Positions 18,233-25,790 of a DNA stretch of 34,280 bases are shown here, piece after piece. The notes beneath the pieces were generated by a model. That model saw only the letters and a program-made list of their open reading frames with translations. It searched no databases and had not been told where the DNA came from. A program made the translations under genes and the position numbers. Every line of letters begins with the position of its first letter. Position 1 is the stretch's first letter. Origin of the DNA: a virus (taxonomy: Duplodnaviria > Heunggongvirae > Uroviricota > Caudoviricetes); the IMG/VR virus record IMGVR_UViG_3300020577_013140, positions 148,381 through 182,660 of that record; one strand, 5' to 3'.

Positions 18233-18610
18233 TTAGGTGCTTGAAACTTTACATGTTTCGCCAGTATCAAGGAGAGACTCAAGCAAATTGACCACACGGT
18301 CAACTGCCGCACTGGCGTAATCGTCGCCTCTCCTGCTAGTAAGTAATTGAACTTCCTGCATGACCTCGAGATCCTCCTCCAGCTGAGGCAGGTCAAGGTC
18401 GTCGAAAAAGGTACGGCGGATTTGTGCCCGCCGTGCCTCTGGGGATGCTGCTGGTGCTGAAGGTCGCTCAGAAGGGACCAATACTACGGACCCCTTGAAC
18501 GCCAGTTGCACCAGCTTTTCCACTTCAGCTGCATCGATTGGAAGTCGCGCAGATGAAGGACGCGAGGGTTTAGCCCCCGACTTTTTCGTGACCCGCTTGG
18601 GCTTTGGCAT
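18233..18610 (-). CDS. Hypothetical protein with basic N-terminal tail
   Basis: 125 aa; MPKPKRVTKKSGAKPSRP N-terminus; acidic helical C-terminus. Confidence 0.6.
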   Translation of the reverse strand: MPKPKRVTKKSGAKPSRPSSARLPIDAAEVEKLVQLAFKGSVVLVPSERPSAPAASPEARRAQIRRTFFDDLDLPQLEEDLEVMQEVQLLTSRRGDDYASAAVDRVVNLLESLLDTGETCKVSST

Positions 18611-19214
18611 GTTGGTCGATGAGTTTCAGAACGTCGATTTCGAAAAAGTCCACAAGGACCTTCAACACCGCCAACGGCACAGTCATGCCCGGGCGGACTT
18701 TTCCTTCAAAGAACAGCTTCTGCCGTGGCGAGGCCTGGTCAAAGAATGCCGTCGCATGAGCCTGAAGTTCTTTCAGTGCCGGATGGCGCAGGTCAAGCAC
18801 CGTGTATGCGGCGAGTTTTTCCTGAGAAGCTTCCTGGTCAGGAGCGTCGTCCGTGTCGGTTCGTGTGATCTGCGTCGCTGCTGGAACGGTCGTAGTTACG
18901 ACTGGAGGCAGTGGTGGCGGTGTCACCGCAGGCACCACAACCCTCGGGGTACGCTTCGCTGGCTCTGGTGTAGGAGCGGCGGGCGCAGGAGCGGCGGGTG
19001 CGCCGTCCTTGGGCTTGTTCTTGCTCCCAGGAGGCCGGCCACGACGCTTGGGAACCTCGGCAGTTGCCGGAGGAGCAGGCGGAGGCGGTGGAGGCGTAGC
19101 AGCAACCGCGCGGGCGCGCTTCTGTACAGTAGGCGCCGGGGTAGGTGCAAGAGTACTAGCTGCTGTGACAGCAGGGAGCTTGGGTTTGTTCTTGGATCCT
19201 TTAGGTCTTCCCAT
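18570..19214 (-). CDS. Pro/Ala-rich protein with two AT-hook motifs (putative DNA-binding protein)
   Basis: MGRPKGSKNKPK and KRRGRPPGSKNKPK separated by Pro/Ala linkers; small globular C-terminal region. Confidence 0.75.
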   Translation of the reverse strand: MGRPKGSKNKPKLPAVTAASTLAPTPAPTVQKRARAVAATPPPPPPAPPATAEVPKRRGRPPGSKNKPKDGAPAAPAPAAPTPEPAKRTPRVVVPAVTPPPLPPVVTTTVPAATQITRTDTDDAPDQEASQEKLAAYTVLDLRHPALKELQAHATAFFDQASPRQKLFFEGKVRPGMTVPLAVLKVLVDFFEIDVLKLIDQHAKAQAGHEKVGG

Positions 19215-19216
19215 AA

Positions 19217-19354
19217 TTACTTGTTCTTCTTTGGGTTCTTCACTGCGCTCACGGTACGGCTCTTCGCCTTACCGGTGATATAGGTCGGGGAGGAAGAGGT
19301 TTGTGGGTTAATCGAACCGTCTTTCGCTGTTACCCGCTTGGTTGTTTTGCTCAT
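19217..19354 (-). CDS. 45-aa basic peptide not in the ORF track (MSKTTKRVTAKDGSINPQTSSSPTYITGKAKSRTVSAVKNPKKNK)
   Basis: Translated by hand: ATG at 19354, TAA at 19217-19219, 2 nt before the AT-hook gene ATG. Confidence 0.6.
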   Translation of the reverse strand: MSKTTKRVTAKDGSINPQTSSSPTYITGKAKSRTVSAVKNPKKNK

Positions 19355-19407
19355 TTGGCGTTCGGTTGTTTACTGGCAAAATGGCTTTTACGATGATAAC
19401 TACGCCA

Positions 19408-19436
19408 TTGATCATCATCGAAAAGGAAGTTACAAT
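19408..19436 (+). promoter_or_regulatory. Sigma70-like promoter for the terminase gene
   Basis: TTGATC (19408-13), 17-nt spacer, TACAAT (19431-36), about 40 nt upstream of ATG 19476. Confidence 0.55.
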
Positions 19437-19475
19437 GAGTTCCAGCCAGGTATTAAAAGCTGGTGACTCATTACT

Positions 19476-21209
19476 ATGATATCGAATCTGCATGCTCTGC
19501 TTGCTAAAGCTAAGGAAATATTATCCTCGCCAGCATCCAAGGAGGAAGCCAAAGCCACCGCAAGGCAGCTGCTTTTCTTGTCTGCTCCGCTCTCCACCGT
19601 TGTTGAGACTTATCTCTATGACAACGAAGGGCGTCCACAAAGTCTGGAAAAGTTCCAGATGATGCGGGCAATCTATGATGGTACTCCGCAGAGGCTTTTA
19701 TTAAAGTGCAGCCGTAAGACACTGAAATCAACCCTGTTGAGCAACATGATCGCGCTGAATTTGCTGCGATACCAGCATTACAAGATGCTATATGTGGCTC
19801 CACAAGAACTATCGGCAAAATACTTTAGCAACAACTATCTTAATGTGCGATTCGAAAGCCCACCGTTGAAGCAGGTGCTTCGTGGGTTTAGTAGAAATGA
19901 CGTATTTGAAAAAATCCTGGAAGATACGAATAGTAGCGTAATCCTGCGTTACTGCAAAGAGGACGCCTCGCGTATTCGTGGTCCCGCTACTGACCAGAAC
20001 ATTCATGACGAGGTGCAGGACATGGCGTTTGAAACTCTCCCCATTATCAAAGAGACAATGGCATTGTCTGCGTTCAAACGAGAGATTTTCGCCGGTACTC
20101 CACTGACCACCGACAACACCATCAATGAGCTGTGGAAAACATCCAGCCAATGCGAATGGGTTACCAAGTGCCCCGCGTGCGGGCATTGGAACAGCCTTAC
20201 TCCCGACAACGAGCCATTCAAGATGGTCCGAAAGGAAGGGCTCTCTTGCAGTAAGTGCAGCACCTTGCTCAATACAGGTACAGGCGAGTGGGTGGAGTTT
20301 AACCCTGGTGCCTATGACCTGATCGGTTATCATCTGGCCCAACCAATCCTGACACACTTCAACCAAGACCCGAGGGAATGGGCTGAAATCTACAAGAAGG
20401 TTTGGAACACCGGGCCAAACAAATACTCACCAGCCCAAATCAACAACGAGGTATTCGGCCTCGCTTTCGACACCGGTTCCAAGCCCATCACCGAGGAGCA
20501 GCTAAAGAAGCTGTCGACTCTCGGTGATATGGATGGTGTTTACACCAGAGGGTTGTCGAGGTATCTATATATTACTTGTGGTGTTGACTGGGGCGTCAAC
20601 ATGGATACTTCTCGTACCGCAGTCGTTATGGGAGGTCTTCGTGAAGACGGGGTGTACGAAGTGTTCTTCGCACGCATCCTAAAGGACTTTGACTACGAGA
20701 AGCATATCCATGACATCGCCGAATTTGCCAACCGAGTAAACGCTTTTTGTGCTTGTGACGCGGGCCCAGACCCTGCACGTGGTAAGATGCTGGCGGACCA
20801 GACGTCGTGGCAGCGTACTCAGCTGGTTCGTTACGAGGATGGGTTGCTTATGCAACAATACAAGACACCACCGAACGCGATTCACCCGTCGCAGAATCGC
20901 TGGTGCTTGCATCGCAGTGACACCATGACCTTTGTGTTCAACCAACTAAAGGCCGGGAAGGTGTTGTTCCCAAATTGGGAACAGACGTCGGAGTGTCATA
21001 GTGACATCTTGAACATCTTCGTTGAAGTGAAGGAAGGCGTGCTCCGGCAAGAACTGGTCTACCGCCACCCCGCAGCCAAGCCTGATGACTTCTTCCATGC
21101 ACTAAATTTTGCTGTGTGCCAAGCGCATTTGCTGGCCGGTAATCCTGTGCTCAACGCACCCTCATCCTCTGCTGTTGACGGGGAGTGGCGCGGCGGGGTC
21201 CACGGGTAA
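19476..21209 (+). CDS. terL: Terminase large subunit (GpA-like)
   Basis: Walker A-like SRKTLKST, RIRG, Walker B HDEVQD, GTP coupling motif, CPACGHW/CSKC zinc finger, RNase H-like GVDWG ... DDFFHA. Confidence 0.85.
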   Translation: MISNLHALLAKAKEILSSPASKEEAKATARQLLFLSAPLSTVVETYLYDNEGRPQSLEKFQMMRAIYDGTPQRLLLKCSRKTLKSTLLSNMIALNLLRYQHYKMLYVAPQELSAKYFSNNYLNVRFESPPLKQVLRGFSRNDVFEKILEDTNSSVILRYCKEDASRIRGPATDQNIHDEVQDMAFETLPIIKETMALSAFKREIFAGTPLTTDNTINELWKTSSQCEWVTKCPACGHWNSLTPDNEPFKMVRKEGLSCSKCSTLLNTGTGEWVEFNPGAYDLIGYHLAQPILTHFNQDPREWAEIYKKVWNTGPNKYSPAQINNEVFGLAFDTGSKPITEEQLKKLSTLGDMDGVYTRGLSRYLYITCGVDWGVNMDTSRTAVVMGGLREDGVYEVFFARILKDFDYEKHIHDIAEFANRVNAFCACDAGPDPARGKMLADQTSWQRTQLVRYEDGLLMQQYKTPPNAIHPSQNRWCLHRSDTMTFVFNQLKAGKVLFPNWEQTSECHSDILNIFVEVKEGVLRQELVYRHPAAKPDDFFHALNFAVCQAHLLAGNPVLNAPSSSAVDGEWRGGVHG

Positions 21210-21440
21210 TGCCTGGAAGTTGCTGCAAGATTCCAACCAGACTGGGTCAAAGTTGAAAGGCCAGAAAAACCAACCCTGCGCTACTCCGTGGGAATTTGCG
21301 GTAACCTGCTTAAAGCTCAAAGCTCCAGTACAACGGGAATGACAATCCCCAGGGATGGATCGACGGTGGACACATCGGTAGCATAGCGGGTCTTGTGGGC
21401 TACTTAAGGTCACCGTCGGTGGTGTAACTTGTGTGGGCAT
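21162..21440 (-). CDS. Small Cys/His-rich phage protein
   Basis: CYRCVHRRSIPGDCHSRC...HG...GWFFWPFNFDPVWLESC; 3' end overlaps the convergent terminase by 48 nt. Confidence 0.7.
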   Translation of the reverse strand: MPTQVTPPTVTLSSPQDPLCYRCVHRRSIPGDCHSRCTGALSFKQVTANSHGVAQGWFFWPFNFDPVWLESCSNFQALPVDPAAPLPVNSRG

Positions 21441-21442
21441 AA

Positions 21443-21865
21443 CTAAACAGGCAGTACGAGGGCAAAACGATCCTCACACATGGCGAGGAAAAGTTCCTCG
21501 CCGTCATCACCAAAGCGCCCAGTCACGGCCCGGTACAATTCCACCATGATGTTGGCGAACCCTTGGATGACCTCTGCGTATCGAGGATGGTTGATAAACG
21601 CTTCGGTCACTGCGATCTTCACCCGAGGAAGAAGCTTGGAGACGAGCGGTTTTGAGAGTCCGCCTGCAATGAGGCGGTCACTCAATGCACTATACGCCAC
21701 CAAGGCCGGGAGGGTCGAGAGATCACGAGCGGCCGCAGCCTTCATTCCCTCGACATACTGAGGGAGGACCTCATCGAGCGAAGGAGGACGGGGAGGCATA
21801 GGAGGCCCACCAAGAAGAGGAGCGTTACGGAGTTGGTCAGGAGTCAAGATACGCGGTTGATTCAT
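21443..21865 (-). CDS. Hypothetical protein
   Basis: About 140 aa from ATG 21865 (MNQPRILTPDQ...); the longer ORF-track start overlaps the upstream gene heavily. Confidence 0.6.
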   Translation of the reverse strand: MNQPRILTPDQLRNAPLLGGPPMPPRPPSLDEVLPQYVEGMKAAAARDLSTLPALVAYSALSDRLIAGGLSKPLVSKLLPRVKIAVTEAFINHPRYAEVIQGFANIMVELYRAVTGRFGDDGEELFLAMCEDRFALVLPV

Positions 21866-22556
21866 AGAGTTCAGTACGGAGTTCTTTCTGGGCGGTATCC
21901 TCGGCGAGTTTAGCTCGACGGAGATTGTCACGGCCGTTATAGGCAGAGTGCCCATGCAAGTGGCTGATAAGAGGATAGAAATTGTTGCAATCCATGTGAC
22001 GTTGCAACTGAGCGATTTGGGTGTCCAGGTCGCCGTCACATGCCGGCAACTTGCTGATGTACGCTGGGCGAATGCGCAACTGGAACATCCACGGGGACCG
22101 GAAAGAGTAGTGTGCCGGGCGAAAGCGCCGATCTTTCGGATAGCAACAACAGAAAGGAGCGTTGCATTCGTGGCGATAAAACCACTTCTTCAAAGATTCT
22201 GGTAGGTCCTTAGGCCAACCAATTTCTTCTCCAGTCGAATAATGCGGGCGCACCTCGATAGGGCGAAGCGGAGGCGGATCCAGGGTCACACGCTTTTTCC
22301 GCCCAAAACCCCTAACCAGAAAATCCTGGGTCTTGGACCACTGATGGCAGCCGATGTGGTTCAGGATCTTGCGGAAGTCCGCAGCGTCAGCTCGGGCCGC
22401 CACATCCGGGCGAAGGTCCCAGTCACGGATCCAACCGTATTGAAACGGTTTACACGGTACCCACCTTCCACACCATCGTTGTTGGTGCAACTCGTTCAGC
22501 CGACGGAATGTTGCCAGCGCGTGTTTGTTACGTTGTTGAACTTTATTCAGGAGCAC
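21837..22556 (-). CDS. Basic, aromatic-rich hypothetical protein
   Basis: 239 aa with GTG start; W/R-rich (PFQYGWIRDWDLRPDVAAR...SPWMFQLRIRP); lies downstream of the RNA ligase. Confidence 0.7.
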   Translation of the reverse strand: MLLNKVQQRNKHALATFRRLNELHQQRWCGRWVPCKPFQYGWIRDWDLRPDVAARADAADFRKILNHIGCHQWSKTQDFLVRGFGRKKRVTLDPPPLRPIEVRPHYSTGEEIGWPKDLPESLKKWFYRHECNAPFCCCYPKDRRFRPAHYSFRSPWMFQLRIRPAYISKLPACDGDLDTQIAQLQRHMDCNNFYPLISHLHGHSAYNGRDNLRRAKLAEDTAQKELRTELYESTAYLDS

Positions 22557-22560
22557 AATG

Positions 22561-22584
22561 AAAAAGCCGGCCCATAAGGCCGGC
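22561..22584 (-). terminator. Rho-independent terminator after the RNA ligase
   Basis: Minus strand GCCGGCC-TTATG-GGCCGGC followed by TTTTT, about 20 nt after the ligase stop. Confidence 0.8.
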
Positions 22585-22604
22585 CGATTAGTGACATAGT
22601 TGCT

Positions 22605-23639
22605 CTACTCTCCGTACTTGAGTAGAAATTCGGGGTTGATTACCTTGAAGGACAGACGCCCAAGGTCACAGTCGACTGTTTCGACATGTGGTCGGAAAAC
22701 CCCTCCTTCAATCCACACTTGTGGGTTGAGTAGTGACTTACGCGTGACGAACTCCACCAACGAGTCGACGGTGTGTCCCGCCAGCGTAATACTAGGCTCA
22801 ATGATCGGAACCATCCCAATATTCCAAGTCTGACACCACGAGGCGAGCTCCTCATTGGTAAGGAAGCGATGCCGGTCGATGTCGAACAGGTTGAAAGCAA
22901 AGAACTGGACGGAGGACAGCCCTAGTTTGTTGCTCTGAATGTTCGGACCCGCGAGTTCTCCCTGAACGGCGTAATGCGTCCCATGCGCTTGCCCGTATTG
23001 TTCAAGTGCTTCGTGGATCTGACGTTCTGCGGCCACCTTCCACTGAACGGCGTCTCCTGGGATAAGGTCACGATTTCTGGAACAGGCACCACGCATGGGT
23101 TGACCATCCAATGCCATGGTTGAATAGTAGGTTGTGGACATTCCGTCAATCTTCTCGGTGACGGTGAATTGTATGTTCGGCCACCGCTGTAAGACGGATG
23201 GGCACGCCTGGAGTCTTGTTTCGTCCGTCTTGACGAGGAAGGAAGGAAAGTCTCCACGAGCCAGACCAGCCATAACCGCAGGGAGAGGAGGAGGTTCATA
23301 TTTCGTGATACCTAGGACTCCCGTAACATCGGTGCCTACCTGAAGAAGTTTGACGGCGGCCAGTTGTGGAAGACCTAAACCTAGGACCAACCCTTGGGAG
23401 ATTTGTTTTTTCATCCTCACCGTCTTCAGTCGGAGAGGTTTGTCCGGGATCAGTTCGCCTGTCCACGGGTTAAAAGGAAGCATTGAATCTGGCTCGATAT
23501 AGACGACCAGATCGCCCACCCTGAACTCCCCCTTTCTAACGACACACTTCCAACCGAGCACAGTTGCGCTCTCGATTTTGTCTGCGTCTGGAATAGGTTG
23601 GAGATCAACGATGCGCTGAATACTAGCGAGTTGTCTCAT
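22605..23639 (-). CDS. ATP-dependent RNA ligase, DRB0094/Rnl5 family
   Basis: N-terminal RQLASIQRI...PIPDADKIE...GW...VY.EPDS...SQGL, FPSFLVKTDETRLQ, adenylation motif TEKIDG, SRN, QGEL, EGGV, SFKVINPEFLLK. Confidence 0.92.
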   Translation of the reverse strand: MRQLASIQRIVDLQPIPDADKIESATVLGWKCVVRKGEFRVGDLVVYIEPDSMLPFNPWTGELIPDKPLRLKTVRMKKQISQGLVLGLGLPQLAAVKLLQVGTDVTGVLGITKYEPPPLPAVMAGLARGDFPSFLVKTDETRLQACPSVLQRWPNIQFTVTEKIDGMSTTYYSTMALDGQPMRGACSRNRDLIPGDAVQWKVAAERQIHEALEQYGQAHGTHYAVQGELAGPNIQSNKLGLSSVQFFAFNLFDIDRHRFLTNEELASWCQTWNIGMVPIIEPSITLAGHTVDSLVEFVTRKSLLNPQVWIEGGVFRPHVETVDCDLGRLSFKVINPEFLLKYGE

Positions 23640-24199
23640 TGACGAACGAGTGACTGGACATAATCCGTAAGGGCTTTTGTCCTAGCATCGTAGATTGCGC
23701 TCAAAGCCGCATTCTTCTCTGACGGATCCGCCTTGACCGATGGAGGCATCAAGGCGCCCTTAAAAATAGACGCCGCTTCCGACATACCATAGTGATAGAG
23801 TATCACCCCGACGTAGGCCTTTACTTCATCTGAGAAGGGCGTATCCTCGGCGTCACCGACGAAAAGCCGATAGTGCGCCAGGGCGGCGGCTAATTCTTCA
23901 GCTTCTAGAGGTGTTGGGTCTTCAAAGCTGTCTGGTGTATTGTTGAGAAGGTGACAGACGGTTTTGAATACTTCCCACTGACTTTGGAACAAGTCGGTCT
24001 GGAGAATCGTGAACCCTGCTTGAATCTTGTCAGATTGTAGATCCGAAAGGGTTACGCCGAAATCCGATTCCAATTCTTCCCGTAGGAACTCAGGCTGCCA
24101 AGACATTGCCTCTGTACCATATCGACGCAGCACGACGTCAACCAGAGCGATTGCCGGGGCCTTCTCATCCTTCAACACCTCTAACGAGAATATGGTCAT
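23636..24199 (-). CDS. Hypothetical acidic helical protein
   Basis: 187 aa, ATGA-coupled to the ligase. Confidence 0.75.
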   Translation of the reverse strand: MTIFSLEVLKDEKAPAIALVDVVLRRYGTEAMSWQPEFLREELESDFGVTLSDLQSDKIQAGFTILQTDLFQSQWEVFKTVCHLLNNTPDSFEDPTPLEAEELAAALAHYRLFVGDAEDTPFSDEVKAYVGVILYHYGMSEAASIFKGALMPPSVKADPSEKNAALSAIYDARTKALTDYVQSLVRQ

Positions 24200-24204
24200 G
24201 GGAG

Positions 24205-24435
24205 TTATATCGTAACTTGGTCGGTCTCGTCTCCGGTCATTGGATTATCGAAGAAGCCTTCGTCTTTCAGATACTTAACAAAAGCCTGTTGCTCGGCTGG
24301 CTTCAACGGACGCCCTGAGGAAAGGGTGAATACGTTGTTCCCTGGAAACACCCGTAGAGCAAGAGGTACACCACGCAAGGTTAGCTGGTGGTCAAAATAA
24401 ACAGGAGCAGGTATGGGAGCCATGTTGAGTTGCAT
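24205..24435 (-). CDS. Small hypothetical protein
   Basis: 76 aa, ATG start, packed with neighbours; KYLKDEGFF near the C-terminus. Confidence 0.6.
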   Translation of the reverse strand: MQLNMAPIPAPVYFDHQLTLRGVPLALRVFPGNNVFTLSSGRPLKPAEQQAFVKYLKDEGFFDNPMTGDETDQVTI

Positions 24436-24486
24436 ATGTAAGGCCCGACCGGTACAGGATCAGGGCTTAAAACATGTTGCGGAGAG

Positions 24487-24675
24487 CTACCTCTCGTCAA
24501 CAAGAAGCTTCCCTGTCTCGGCATTCTTAAAGATCCACGCAGTACGTTCAGCGTAGTCCATCTTGTCGAAACCCTTCTGCAGGGTTTCCCTAATCAAACT
24601 AACGTCGAGGTCGAAGGTGGTAGTCACCTCGTCCTGGGTGTTACGGTCAAAGCCCGTGGCTAATGTGAATCTCAT
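24487..24675 (-). CDS. Small hypothetical protein
   Basis: 62 aa; ATG 6 nt after the upstream stop. Confidence 0.6.
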   Translation of the reverse strand: MRFTLATGFDRNTQDEVTTTFDLDVSLIRETLQKGFDKMDYAERTAWIFKNAETGKLLVDER

Positions 24676-24681
24676 TCAGAG

Positions 24682-25737
24682 TCAAACTGGTGTGACTCCC
24701 GTCAATTCCTTAAACAACGATACGTCGCTCATAGGCATGGTCGGGAGAACATCACGAAGTTGTTCTTCGTTGGATGGGTCAATGTCGATTCCGAAAGCTT
24801 CTTTATATCTGTCGGCCGACACCTTCTTCAAAGGCCCAATAGGATACTTCTCTCCCGCCATCTCTACTACATTCAAGATTTCAGCAACCTTTGTAGGAGG
24901 CAGGGTGAAGAACACATCCACTGGGTCTGGTAGTAGTTCCGCCGTCTTAGGGCGATCGTATGCCCCGTCTGCTTGCTCGACGTGATAAACAATCTGTGCG
25001 ATCTTCGTCACATCTTCAATGGAGTCAAACGAGTCAAAGCCGCTGACGGCGTTTGCAAGCTCCAAGAGACGGTCTTTGGCAATCTTTGAAGACATTTTAT
25101 TGGCTCTTCGGGCCACTTCATTTGATACTGACGTAGTATGGTCCGGGAAAAATAGTCCTGCATATTTGCAGACGATGTCAGGTAGTTCATCCACACCTAC
25201 TTCAGCGGCTTTGGAAAGAAACGAACGAGCAATCTGCTCGCGCCATTCAAACGGGTAGTTCCGCATATTGGTGGCGAACACCTCAGCAGACTTGGAAAAT
25301 TCTTCGGCCGTTTTGAATGGAAAAAGGGGCGTATCGCCAAGCTGGTCGTCGTTGACCACGCATACATGCTGCAGCTCCAGGTCGTATGAAGCACGCTTTT
25401 CGTGGGCTTCGTTGTAAGCCTCGATCTCTCTGGAAATACTGAACAACTCAGCTGCTCCCTTGATCTGCTCTTCGACAGCGCGCATGTGCGCCGTGCCGAA
25501 TCGGTTTTCGAACGCAGCCTTCTTGGACTGGAAGAACGCGTTGCTAACGTAAACACGAGCGGGAGTGTTGATCGGATACGCGATATTGACTTGGTCGGCG
25601 TAGGCCGATTTAGCCAAGGCCGCCACCGATTCTTCATCGTCAACAGCGGCGTCTTTCACGAACTCAGGGATGTCGATACCCTGCAGCAAGCGATACAGCT
25701 GCTGGTTTGACGAATCAGAAAGTTGGTCCAATTTCAT
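24682..25737 (-). CDS. Hypothetical protein (possibly virion or head associated)
   Basis: About 351 aa; start most likely ATG 25737 (or 25743) given the promoter position; two loosely similar [YF]P[IF]xT motifs. Confidence 0.7.
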   Translation of the reverse strand: MKLDQLSDSSNQQLYRLLQGIDIPEFVKDAAVDDEESVAALAKSAYADQVNIAYPINTPARVYVSNAFFQSKKAAFENRFGTAHMRAVEEQIKGAAELFSISREIEAYNEAHEKRASYDLELQHVCVVNDDQLGDTPLFPFKTAEEFSKSAEVFATNMRNYPFEWREQIARSFLSKAAEVGVDELPDIVCKYAGLFFPDHTTSVSNEVARRANKMSSKIAKDRLLELANAVSGFDSFDSIEDVTKIAQIVYHVEQADGAYDRPKTAELLPDPVDVFFTLPPTKVAEILNVVEMAGEKYPIGPLKKVSADRYKEAFGIDIDPSNEEQLRDVLPTMPMSDVSLFKELTGVTPV

Positions 25738-25744
25738 ATCCATT

Positions 25745-25773
25745 ATCCTAGCACCGGATATGGTTCGACACAA
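25745..25773 (-). promoter_or_regulatory. Sigma70-like promoter with extended -10
   Basis: Minus strand TTGTGT, 17-nt spacer ending TGC, then TAGGAT; 7 nt upstream of ATG 25737. Confidence 0.5.
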
Positions 25774-25790
25774 TCCAAAAGTATGATACC

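Noticed and set aside
18495-19283. 262-aa plus-strand ORF (similar cases: 4556-5197, 9556-10290, 8108-8716, 699-1268, 31212-31799)
   Set aside because: Antisense shadows of better-supported minus-strand genes; no motifs.
19308-19493. 61-aa minus-strand ORF across the divergent region
   Set aside because: It overlaps the terminase start and promoter elements; the 45-aa ORF at 19217-19354 fits the operon packing better.
24439-24469. Imperfect hairpin just upstream of ATG 24435
   Set aside because: Several bulges and mismatches; not distinguishable from chance without folding or covariation analysis.
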